In this document: positions 7,741-15,141 of the stretch, in pieces
How positions within the stretch are numbered: position 1 is the first letter of the stretch
Layout: each line of letters opens with the position of its first letter
IMG/VR virus record: IMGVR_UViG_3300029318_000056
Span: 1-31,676 of that record
Strand: one strand, 5' to 3'
Length of the DNA stretch: 31,676 nt
From: a virus
Lineage: Duplodnaviria > Caudoviricetes
Notes under the pieces: generated by a model
Databases searched by the model: none
Seen by the model: only the letters and a program-made list of their open reading frames with translations
What the model was told of the DNA's origin: nothing
Translations under genes and position numbers: made by a program

Positions 7741-8561
7741 GGATGTATAAAGTCATTGACGTCATCAGGCATTTTACATATTTGAGGTAGACCTGACTTC
7801 ACCTCGAATGAGAAAGCTGAAAAAGAATATCCTCTACTTCTCTTACAATCTACAACAACTACATCAGGATTATCTTCTGTCGGTGTCACAGTAATTTGTG
7901 TTTCTGTTTTTTTCTCTAAGAACGAACCTAAATGACCAGTTGCTTTATTATTATAAAAATTACTATGTATCACAGTTATTATATGTATGTTATAATCTTG
8001 CGTCCATTTCATTAGATAATGAATTACTTTGTTTGATTTCTCTAAATCATTTATGTCGTTTAGTAGGTCAGCTACTCCGTCTATAATTACAAGTCCTACT
8101 TTATCTGTTTCTTTTAAATGCCAATCTATAAACTCTAATCTTTCTTCAGGTGAAAATTGTCTAAGTGCATATGTCAAATAATCACTTGCATCCTTTGACA
8201 TTCTATGTACTCTCTTAAATGTTTTTTGTGCGTGGTAACGACTTTGTTCTGTGTCATAATGTATTACTTTCTTATCTCCTTTGAAACCTTTTAAGTTTCC
8301 GACAAATGTTTCATATGATCCTAAATATGATGCTGCCAATAGTGATACTAAAAATGTTTTTTTACTCTTTGGTCCTGCTGATATAAAACTAAAATTACCA
8401 TATGTACCAATTGGAATATACTCTCCATTTGCAAGTTTACCTTTTGATATTGCAATAGGTGGCTCTGGTATATCTTCTTTAGCATCAACATAACTGTCTT
8501 TTAAGATCTTCTCAAATCTAATTTGTTGTCTTAATCTTTCTTCGGTCATTACTGTTCCCAT
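7737..8561 (-). CDS. RecA-fold AAA ATPase, probable helicase (AAA_25/RepA-like)
   Basis: Walker A variant AGPKSKKT, YDTEQ, Walker B LVIIDGVADL, VIH, GHLGS. Confidence 0.8.
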   Translation of the reverse strand: MGTVMTEERLRQQIRFEKILKDSYVDAKEDIPEPPIAISKGKLANGEYIPIGTYGNFSFISAGPKSKKTFLVSLLAASYLGSYETFVGNLKGFKGDKKVIHYDTEQSRYHAQKTFKRVHRMSKDASDYLTYALRQFSPEERLEFIDWHLKETDKVGLVIIDGVADLLNDINDLEKSNKVIHYLMKWTQDYNIHIITVIHSNFYNNKATGHLGSFLEKKTETQITVTPTEDNPDVVVVDCKRSRGYSFSAFSFEVKSGLPQICKMPDDVNDFIHP

Positions 8562-8563
8562 TT

Positions 8564-8592
8564 AAAATAAAAAGAGGAGCCGAAGCTCCTCT
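8564..8592 (-). terminator. Intrinsic terminator with cUUCGg tetraloop
   Basis: Minus strand AGAGGAGC-TTCG-GCTCCTCT-TTTTATTT after the SSB-like gene. Confidence 0.85.
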
Positions 8593-8597
8593 GTAAT

Positions 8598-8855
8598 TTA
8601 GAAAGGTAGGTTAGCAGTGTCGTCAGCTCCTACTTGCTGAACTGCTTCTGCTCTAGCTACCGCTCCTTCTGTCCATACGACTCTACCATTTCCTACATAC
8701 TCTCTTGGCTTTTTAGCCGTTCTCTCCTCTTTAGTTTGCTCTTTCCATATTGCTACGTTCTGACCATACTGATTGGTTTCGTCATTGATGCTTAAGGTAT
8801 AATTGTGATATGTACCTTTTGCATCTTTCATTCCGAAGTTTATTAATGTTGCCAT
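8598..8855 (-). CDS. Probable ssDNA-binding protein
   Basis: Small beta-rich protein with an acidic tail ending NLPF, adjacent to ERF. Confidence 0.55.
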   Translation of the reverse strand: MATLINFGMKDAKGTYHNYTLSINDETNQYGQNVAIWKEQTKEERTAKKPREYVGNGRVVWTEGAVARAEAVQQVGADDTANLPF

Positions 8856-8865
8856 ATATATATAT

Positions 8866-9420
8866 TTAATTTGTTTCTAATAAAGCTTTTTCTACTTGTT
8901 TAGTTACTCGATATTTTTTCATTATATCTTTTACACTCCCACCATCTTTTACATACTTAGCAGCTTTGATGAAAGCTTTTGTATTACTTTCTAAAAGTGG
9001 TTTACTATTATCTACGGTGTTACCGTGAGTATTTGTTGCATCAGCATCTTTAGTATCATCTATTAATAATAAATTACCGATAGCATACTTTTTAGCATAA
9101 GAAGATGCAGCACCAGTTCTTTGTGGATCTTGCATACCTTTTGCGTTGAAGTCTACGATTGCTTGTGCTACTGACTCTACTTGCATAGTAGGATCAGTAC
9201 AATCTATCATCTTAGCTGTAGACTCAATATAAGGTCTACCAGCTATTTCTTTTAACTCGTCTGTTATTTTAAACACGACTTTATGTTTCTTAGCAAGTGG
9301 CTTTACAGCTTCCAGAATGTCTTCTGCACTTCTATAATTATAATTACCAAAATTATTCCTTTGGTTCTTTGGAGCCTTTAACTCCGTCTGTATCAATAAA
9401 AGTTTATTTGTTATATTCAT
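8866..9420 (-). CDS. erf: ERF family ssDNA-annealing protein
   Basis: LKAPKNQRNNFGNYNYRSAEDILEAVKP and QRTGAASSYAKKYAI..LLLIDD..DAD. Confidence 0.9.
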   Translation of the reverse strand: MNITNKLLLIQTELKAPKNQRNNFGNYNYRSAEDILEAVKPLAKKHKVVFKITDELKEIAGRPYIESTAKMIDCTDPTMQVESVAQAIVDFNAKGMQDPQRTGAASSYAKKYAIGNLLLIDDTKDADATNTHGNTVDNSKPLLESNTKAFIKAAKYVKDGGSVKDIMKKYRVTKQVEKALLETN

Positions 9421-9436
9421 AATGTTTAATTTATGT

Positions 9437-9466
9437 TAAAGTTAACATAATAAATTTAATAAACAA
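9437..9466 (-). promoter_or_regulatory. Host-type promoter of replication operon with overlapping dyad
   Basis: TTG-N19-TAACTTTA; palindrome TTATGTTAA-AG-TTAACATAA (9431-9450); 18 bp identical to the promoter at 1719-1736. Confidence 0.6.
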
Positions 9467-9477
9467 TATATATTAAT

Positions 9478-9508
9478 AAAAAAAGGAGATTAATAATAAC
9501 CTCCTTTC
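9478..9508 (-). terminator. Probable intrinsic terminator ending the late/lysis transcript
   Basis: AAAGGAG...CTCCTTT stem followed by a T-run on the minus strand. Confidence 0.6.
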
Positions 9509-9541
9509 TCAAAACAAAAAAACTATTTTATATGAAAAAAA

Positions 9542-9901
9542 CTAGTAGAGCCAAAAGGCATTGGGTTTTTGAGTATCATTATCTACATATATCTCTGTGC
9601 TTGAAACACCGAAACGTTGAAATCCAACCATAGATAATGCTTCTATAATCTTCAACCTTTTACCTGTGTGAGAACATTTTATTATGGCAGCACGTCCAAT
9701 AAGATGAGAACTTGCTGTACCTCCTTGTAATTTAGTATTAATCTGAGGTGTTCTATAACCTGACAATATTTCGAACTTGACTCCAGCTATATCTCTAGCT
9801 TCATCAAGACATTCGACAAATTCTCTGTCCATATACTTGTATCCACTACCTGGATAATCAGGTGAATCAAACTCATCATAAGAAAAATGTAATAGCTCCA
9901 C
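9542..9901 (-). CDS. Peptidase M15A-like protein with degenerate Zn site (GTG start)
   Basis: SGYRT...SSHLIGRAAII (Asp missing) and EIYVD (His missing). Confidence 0.75.
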   Translation of the reverse strand: MELLHFSYDEFDSPDYPGSGYKYMDREFVECLDEARDIAGVKFEILSGYRTPQINTKLQGGTASSHLIGRAAIIKCSHTGKRLKIIEALSMVGFQRFGVSSTEIYVDNDTQKPNAFWLY

Positions 9902-9902
9902 A

Positions 9903-9932
9903 TTGTAAAATTATAAAATATTTTTACATTTG
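9903..9932 (+). promoter_or_regulatory. Plus-strand (divergent) Bacteroidota-type promoter
   Basis: TTG-N19-TACATTTG pointing into a region with no plus-strand ORF. Confidence 0.6.
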
Positions 9933-9935
9933 CAA

Positions 9936-10075
9936 AACGTAGCTGTAAATCTACGATAAAAATTACTAAACTTCAGTAGGAATATTGTTGGGACAGATAA
10001 CACTGTTATTTTCTTTTTTCAGGTAGGGACTTTTTTCTTTTCTTTCTTTTTGTCCTTTTTCTTTCTTTTCTTTTT
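9936..10075 (+). ncRNA. Candidate small non-coding RNA
   Basis: Follows promoter 9903-9932; short hairpins CGTAG/CTACG, TACT/AGTA, ACAG/CTGT, AGGGAC/GTCCTT plus U-tract. Confidence 0.35.
10032..10075. repeat. Perfect homopyrimidine mirror repeat (20-nt arms, 4-nt spacer), H-DNA type
   Basis: T5-C-T4-C-T3-C-T5 / GTCC / T5-C-T3-C-T4-C-T5. Confidence 0.9.
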
Positions 10076-10182
10076 AATTTATATTCTGTCTATAACTTCT
10101 ATGACCTTTTTTTCTTCTTTTAACTCTTTGTTTAGTCTTGTAGAAGGTTAATTCATTTTCATCTATAGGGATAAATCTAATC

Positions 10183-10323
10183 TTATTTTCTTTTACCTTG
10201 TCCACGATATTTCTTTTTATATCCAGTTTGTCCTCGTGAAGCATTTTTTGAATGTACACCAGGTCTTTTCTTTCTCTTAGGCGGAATGTAAATATGGACT
10301 TTAGGTCTTCTAACCCTAGCCAT
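10183..10323 (-). CDS. Highly basic small protein (46 aa)
   Basis: Hand translation MARVRRPKVHIYIPPKRKKRPGVHSKNASRGQTGYKKKYRGQGKRK*; no acidic residues. Confidence 0.7.
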   Translation of the reverse strand: MARVRRPKVHIYIPPKRKKRPGVHSKNASRGQTGYKKKYRGQGKRK

Positions 10324-10355
10324 TATCTACAAATACAAAATGGACAGTTACACAT
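10323..10355 (-). CDS. Candidate 10-aa Cys-rich micropeptide MCNCPFCICR
   Basis: Starts 2 nt after the holin stop; its TAA overlaps the next ATG (TAATG). Confidence 0.4.
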   Translation of the reverse strand: MCNCPFCICR

Positions 10356-10357
10356 AA

Positions 10358-10807
10358 TTATTTACTTATTGATTTAAACTTCTCTGCTCCTCTAGAACCA
10401 AAGTATGCTACATAAACTGTAATTAATAATGATTTAAGTAAATCTACCCAACCACTATCAACACTAAAGTCTAAACCTGTTGAGTCTATAAATATAAGCA
10501 GCATCATTGATACAGTTAAAAATACTAAAGCAAGTGGTCTTGTATTTTTAGATAGCCAAGAATCACTTTGCATATCACTTGCCCAACGTTTAGATACCTC
10601 TTGCATTTCTACAGTATCTTGATTTAGTAGTGCCAATGCTTTCTCTTTATCTTCTGGTGGAAGAACTGGGTCTTTATCTATTAAGTTTTTTACTATACCA
10701 AAGACTCCTTTGTCAGGCAATACATCACCTAATGAGTCTATTATACTAGAACCAGCTCCAGATAAAAACTTTCCTACTTTAGTATCTTTTAATTTCTTCT
10801 TACTCAT
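10358..10807 (-). CDS. Holin (GTA 3TM-holin-like)
   Basis: RWASDMQSDSWLSKNTRPL followed by TM helices and AYFGSRGAEK; next to the endolysin. Confidence 0.75.
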   Translation of the reverse strand: MSKKKLKDTKVGKFLSGAGSSIIDSLGDVLPDKGVFGIVKNLIDKDPVLPPEDKEKALALLNQDTVEMQEVSKRWASDMQSDSWLSKNTRPLALVFLTVSMMLLIFIDSTGLDFSVDSGWVDLLKSLLITVYVAYFGSRGAEKFKSISK

Positions 10808-11265
10808 ATCTGCATATAATGTGTTTTACCATCTCTTTTGTATGCTTTTAAGCATTTGTTTCTATTGTCTCTTTCGTTTTTATAACTAACGTGAACCCAG
10901 TCAGGATTTTTGTCATCACCAAACTCCCATATCATTTGGTCAAAATCTAAATTCTCCCTGATGTAATTAAACATTTCTGCATTAGTCTTATGACCAAAAA
11001 CATCATCTATATCCATAGCTCTACCTTCGCAATGTTGAGATCTACTACTACCACCAATAGCTGAGTTTAACTCTTTACATCTAAACATACTATTTATTTT
11101 TATAGGACCACCAACCCATTGTCTTAATGGTTCAAATACTTTATTAGCAAGAGTTCTCATATTGCTCATATCGTATTGTGAAGGTGAATTATCTATGTTT
11201 AAACGTAACGCTGTATTTGATTTGATGGCTTCTCTATAAGTTATATGTTGACTTATATTATTCAT
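10804..11265 (-). CDS. Endolysin, peptidase M15A family
   Basis: Intact SQHCEGRAMD (H, D) and WVHVS (H) Zn ligands. Confidence 0.88.
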   Translation of the reverse strand: MNNISQHITYREAIKSNTALRLNIDNSPSQYDMSNMRTLANKVFEPLRQWVGGPIKINSMFRCKELNSAIGGSSRSQHCEGRAMDIDDVFGHKTNAEMFNYIRENLDFDQMIWEFGDDKNPDWVHVSYKNERDNRNKCLKAYKRDGKTHYMQI

Positions 11266-11269
11266 CTTG

Positions 11270-11368
11270 TTACATTTTAATTTTCTTTAACCAGTTATTC
11301 CAGGCAGTTGCTACCATATTGTTAAAGTTCTCTAGTTTGTTTGCTAACCATCTTAATATTCTTACCAT
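11270..11368 (-). CDS. Small amphipathic basic peptide (32 aa)
   Basis: Hand translation MVRILRWLANKLENFNNMVATAWNNWLKKIKM*; fills a gap in the lysis cassette. Confidence 0.55.
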   Translation of the reverse strand: MVRILRWLANKLENFNNMVATAWNNWLKKIKM

Positions 11369-11371
11369 AGT

Positions 11372-11518
11372 TTATTTCTTTTCTAAAAGTTGTATTATTT
11401 TGATTACTGTATAAACCAACGTTGCTATAATTAAGAGTGATTGTAATGCTTCGTTTATTTGTGCATTTGTAATTAAATAAACTACAACTCCTAATACTGT
11501 TGGTTGAAATCCTTGCAT
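11372..11518 (-). CDS. Small two-TM holin-like protein (48 aa)
   Basis: Hand translation MQGFQPTVLGVVVYLITNAQINEALQSLLIIATLVYTVIKIIQLLEKK*; basic C-terminus; TAATG coupling. Confidence 0.65.
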   Translation of the reverse strand: MQGFQPTVLGVVVYLITNAQINEALQSLLIIATLVYTVIKIIQLLEKK

Positions 11519-11829
11519 TATCTTTTATGTTTATTTATAACAGCTTGTATGCTGTCTAATCTTATTGTTATTTCCATTGTTAGTCCTGCTTCAAATTTAG
11601 CAACAGGTCTGGAATCTTTATATATCATAATTGTAGGCACAGATTTTATTGACTTTTTAATTGCATCACTTTGATCTTCTACAAAAGCATATTGTACTTT
11701 TGTATTTCTTAATCTATCTAAACCTCTATAAGTATTGTTGTCATTCCACTTATAATTAAAATGTACTGTCGTTATATTTTGACCATAACTAAATACACTA
11801 AACAGTAATGCTAAAATTAATATTCTCAT
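11518..11829 (-). CDS. Secreted thioredoxin-fold-like protein lacking CxxC
   Basis: Signal peptide MRILILALLFSVFSYG|Q; VHFNYKWN and IKSVPTIMIYKD match the Trx pattern; no Cys. Confidence 0.6.
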   Translation of the reverse strand: MRILILALLFSVFSYGQNITTVHFNYKWNDNNTYRGLDRLRNTKVQYAFVEDQSDAIKKSIKSVPTIMIYKDSRPVAKFEAGLTMEITIRLDSIQAVINKHKR

Positions 11830-12116
11830 TTCTTAATTATTTCAAATAGTTTCTCATCAATGTTCTTGACGGTCTCATCTATTTCTTCTACTTTTTTATT
11901 TGTATTTATAATATTTTCTCGAATGAGCTGATCTTTTAAGTCGTACTCTGTTCTTGATACTTCTGGTTCTGGTAGTTCTTTAGCTTCCTCAATGTCTGCT
12001 TGTAGCGAATACCACATACCTACAACTGTAACTACAACTGCACCTAAAGTTATTAGATTCTCAACACTTATGTTGAACTTCTTTTTTTTAATTTCTTCTA
12101 TATCTAAATCTGCCAT
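11826..12116 (-). CDS. Membrane-anchored coiled-coil protein (possible spanin-like)
   Basis: One TM helix followed by a coiled-coil-like region; start of the lysis cassette. Confidence 0.55.
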   Translation of the reverse strand: MADLDIEEIKKKKFNISVENLITLGAVVVTVVGMWYSLQADIEEAKELPEPEVSRTEYDLKDQLIRENIINTNKKVEEIDETVKNIDEKLFEIIKK

Positions 12117-12127
12117 AATTATTTATT

Positions 12128-13285
12128 TTAAGAATAATGATACAAATCACCTCCCCAAGCAAAACAAGCATATAACCTGCCACTTGTATTTACTGTACTT
12201 TCACTAGAGTTTGTTGAAACACTATCGCTGCCGTGACTTAACGTAACACTTCCACCACCAAAATCTTGATAAGCTTGACAATCTTCTAAATTATTTGCTC
12301 CTTTTGATTGGTCAGATGGGTTGAATCCTGTAAATGTATAACTACCTGAATTTGCTCTACCAATAAAAAATGCAGTTGTATCGTTAGGTGATGTAATAAT
12401 AGCTGCTACTGGGTCAAAACCACAAGAATTTACAGTTCTACCTGAACTCGAGCCGTTACCTGTATAACCAGCATTGTTAAAAAACCCTGTTTTTTGTCCC
12501 CAGCAATAAATTACATAACGCTGACCATTTAATCCACCCACTCTAGAATCACCACCCCCTACAGTTATCTTGCTTGTATCTGCTGTACAAACATTACTTG
12601 ATGTACTAAGCATTGGTTCCCAAAAAGTACCACCACCATTAAAACCTCTATAAGCACTGTTAACATTGTCAAACACACTTGAGCTTGAGTCAGAGTTTAC
12701 TCTTGTATTTGAACTCATACTTGAATGATCTGGTATTGGTAAACAAAGCATTACCTGAGGCTTTACACTCATACCGTGACCTATTGTAGTTGAGGCACCT
12801 CCAGATGTAAAATAAACCTTTGAAAACTCTGTATCTGGATTATAATATACTGTGCTTGTTGTATTTCCATCATTGTTTGTGACACCAGTTGAACTTGATG
12901 TAAATGCCATACCTATATATTTTCTTGAACTTTGATTAAAAGTTTCTTCTGGTTTGTAAGATGAAGATGAAAGACCAGGATTACTAGTCCCTGTCAAAGT
13001 AAAACCATCTGTACCCCAAGTTATAAAACTACTTCCTGCTTTGACGTGGTTTTCAGAAATACCAGTTGAGGAATCAAACACATCAGTTCCCCAAACCTTA
13101 TCAATTACAATATTAGTTCTAGAATTAGAGTCATTCTCATCTGCTGGAAATATAAACAAAGCATCTGGTTCACAACCAGTTGTTACGCTTACTGAACCTG
13201 ATGTACCTACTCCAGTGTAAACTATTTGTCCACCCCCAAGAGCAGTACCACCTCCTGAATTAAATGTTTTTTTATTCAAACTCAT
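12128..13285 (-). CDS. Tail fibre/virion structural protein
   Basis: G/S/T-rich with recurring YTG.G....V..G..P and GHGMSVKP motifs typical of marine phage fibres. Confidence 0.65.
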   Translation of the reverse strand: MSLNKKTFNSGGGTALGGGQIVYTGVGTSGSVSVTTGCEPDALFIFPADENDSNSRTNIVIDKVWGTDVFDSSTGISENHVKAGSSFITWGTDGFTLTGTSNPGLSSSSYKPEETFNQSSRKYIGMAFTSSSTGVTNNDGNTTSTVYYNPDTEFSKVYFTSGGASTTIGHGMSVKPQVMLCLPIPDHSSMSSNTRVNSDSSSSVFDNVNSAYRGFNGGGTFWEPMLSTSSNVCTADTSKITVGGGDSRVGGLNGQRYVIYCWGQKTGFFNNAGYTGNGSSSGRTVNSCGFDPVAAIITSPNDTTAFFIGRANSGSYTFTGFNPSDQSKGANNLEDCQAYQDFGGGSVTLSHGSDSVSTNSSESTVNTSGRLYACFAWGGDLYHYS

Positions 13286-13727
13286 AACCTACTACACCTG
13301 CTTTAGTTGTTAACGAATTTATGTTTGATTCATTTGTGTCGTGGTTGTTTAATATAGATGCTCTTTCATCTTGAATATCTTGAGGTATGTCAACACCTCT
13401 TTCTGCATTTCTTATAACATACCAATCAGTCATAGATAATTTTTCATTTGTATGTGTTCTTAGATCTGCAATTTTATTTGATTTTAATTCACTCAGACTT
13501 TCACTAAAAGTCATTGTTTGTATTTCATAAGTAAATTTATCTTCATCAAAATATAAATCTCCTAAATTTTGTGTTTGTTTATTATAATCAGGAATTTCTA
13601 CAGTGTAAAAACCATAATTTTCAGCTTCTTCGTCTGAAATAGTATTGAAACCACCAATGATATTACCCCAAGATTTAGGCAGCTCATTGTATAATTTAAT
13701 TTGTTCGTTTATTTCTATTGCGTACAT
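13272..13727 (-). CDS. Tail fibre assembly chaperone-like protein
   Basis: L..TDWYVIR.AE.G..IP..I...RA motif; adjacent to the fibre gene. Confidence 0.6.
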   Translation of the reverse strand: MYAIEINEQIKLYNELPKSWGNIIGGFNTISDEEAENYGFYTVEIPDYNKQTQNLGDLYFDEDKFTYEIQTMTFSESLSELKSNKIADLRTHTNEKLSMTDWYVIRNAERGVDIPQDIQDERASILNNHDTNESNINSLTTKAGVVGYEFE

Positions 13728-13745
13728 ATCTTTTTTATTTATCTA

Positions 13746-14393
13746 TTAACTTGGTGTTGTGTCTGATGTATAAGTTGCTACTACATAATTAAATATAGCA
13801 TTAGCAGAATCATCTATACATTCAACGTGAATCATATTTGTTGAACTTCCATCATAATCTACACCACCAACTTTGTTAAATGTTTCACTTGTTCCTGCAT
13901 CACTATCTAAAGTAATTGTTTGACTTCCTGTTAAATTATAAAAGGTTATTACTTGTCCTTGCTTAAAGTTTGTAAAGTCAAACTCAATACCACCTGTTAA
14001 ACTTGATCCCATTTTAAATGTAGTACCTGCTGACCAGTCAATACTCACTGCACCTGAATAAGTAGTAATGTCAACTTTTGCTGTGTATCTATTTTCAAGT
14101 TTAGCAAATGTAACATTGTCATCAGTTATTGAAGCTGTAACTACTGCGTTTGACGCTAGTTGATCTGCTCCTACTGCATCATCTGCAATCATTGCTTGTT
14201 CTACAGCATCATTTGCTATTGTTAAAGCACCTGATGATACAGTTGCATCTCCACTTATTGCAAGTGTTGTACCGTTTCCGAATAAAGCATATACTTCATT
14301 GAAGTTATCATTTACTTTATCCATTGCGTCTCTTAACGGATCACCTGTTCCGTCATTCGCTGAACTTCCTATTCCTATCGCTTGTTTTGCCAT
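13746..14393 (-). CDS. Fibre protein with T4 gp9/gp10-like N-terminal attachment motif
   Basis: MAKQAIGIGSSANDGTGDPLRDAMDKVNDNFNEVY; 10-aa IA.DAV repeats (fibre shaft). Confidence 0.7.
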   Translation of the reverse strand: MAKQAIGIGSSANDGTGDPLRDAMDKVNDNFNEVYALFGNGTTLAISGDATVSSGALTIANDAVEQAMIADDAVGADQLASNAVVTASITDDNVTFAKLENRYTAKVDITTYSGAVSIDWSAGTTFKMGSSLTGGIEFDFTNFKQGQVITFYNLTGSQTITLDSDAGTSETFNKVGGVDYDGSSTNMIHVECIDDSANAIFNYVVATYTSDTTPS

Positions 14394-14403
14394 AATTTAT
14401 TAT

Positions 14404-14571
14404 TTAATATACTGTTTTATCTGCCGTTATACTTGTGTCATCAACCAACTCTTTTGTTGTGTCTACTGTTAAAAATGAACCGTCTGCATCAAAAGGATAA
14501 ATACTACCCCAACCATTAGACTCATTTGTATTCCCAAAATAACTTACTTCATATATTGACCCGAATGACAT
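14404..14571 (-). CDS. Small virion adaptor-like protein (55 aa)
   Basis: Hand translation MSFGSIYEVSYFGNTNESNGWGSIYPFDADGSFLTVDTTKELVDDTSITADKTVY*. Confidence 0.7.
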   Translation of the reverse strand: MSFGSIYEVSYFGNTNESNGWGSIYPFDADGSFLTVDTTKELVDDTSITADKTVY

Positions 14572-14656
14572 TTTTTATCTTTTCTATATAACTCTTTAAT
14601 TTAATTTCGTTCTCTTTTTTAGGCTTATATGTTTTTTTATTCTTTATAAAACCCAT
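14549..14656 (-). CDS. Small basic protein (35 aa)
   Basis: Hand translation MGFIKNKKTYKPKKENEIKLKSYIEKIKNVIRVNI*; overlaps both neighbours. Confidence 0.45.
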   Translation of the reverse strand: MGFIKNKKTYKPKKENEIKLKSYIEKIKNVIRVNI

Positions 14657-15141
14657 CCTGTCATATTTTGATCTCTCTCTGGATACATACCACCTTCTTG
14701 TGCAGCTGTATACTCTGGATATGAATTACTGTTTTCATCAATATAATCTAAAAATCTTTGCGTATAAAAATCTGCAGTTGTTTTAGCTTGATAAACTAAG
14801 TTATTTATTTCTTCTAATGAAGCCGAATCACTATTCTCTGATCTATGTTTAAATACACCACCATTTGATATTTGAAATGCTGCATATTTCATATATTCTG
14901 ATTGTGTAAACCAAATTAACATTGGTTTTAAGTAAGTATTTATAAGTGTAGTGTTCGCAGTATTTAAATTATTATTTATTACACCGTCTTGCAGTTTATC
15001 GTATAATTTTGTACCCAATTGCGTTTGTATATAAGTATCTTGTGCTACTTCTACAAACTGTATAAGTTTATCAGTATCTACGTTACCATCTATAATAGAC
15101 TTTCTCTTTAATTCCTCAAGTGTGATAAATAATGCTTTCAT
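14644..15141 (-). CDS. Probable head-tail adaptor/connector
   Basis: Directly follows the portal; helical; AQD..I...LG..LY.KL pattern. Confidence 0.6.
   Translation of the reverse strand: MKALFITLEELKRKSIIDGNVDTDKLIQFVEVAQDTYIQTQLGTKLYDKLQDGVINNNLNTANTTLINTYLKPMLIWFTQSEYMKYAAFQISNGGVFKHRSENSDSASLEEINNLVYQAKTTADFYTQRFLDYIDENSNSYPEYTAAQEGGMYPERDQNMTGWVL

Noticed and set aside
9987-10010. GTTGGGAC resembling the start of a type VI-B CRISPR repeat (RNA anti-CRISPR idea)
   Set aside because: Only about 8 nt match and no complementary CAAC end at repeat length.
10074-10259. 61-aa minus-strand track ORF
   Set aside because: GTG start inside the better-supported 10183-10323 ORF in another frame; not excluded, but unsupported.
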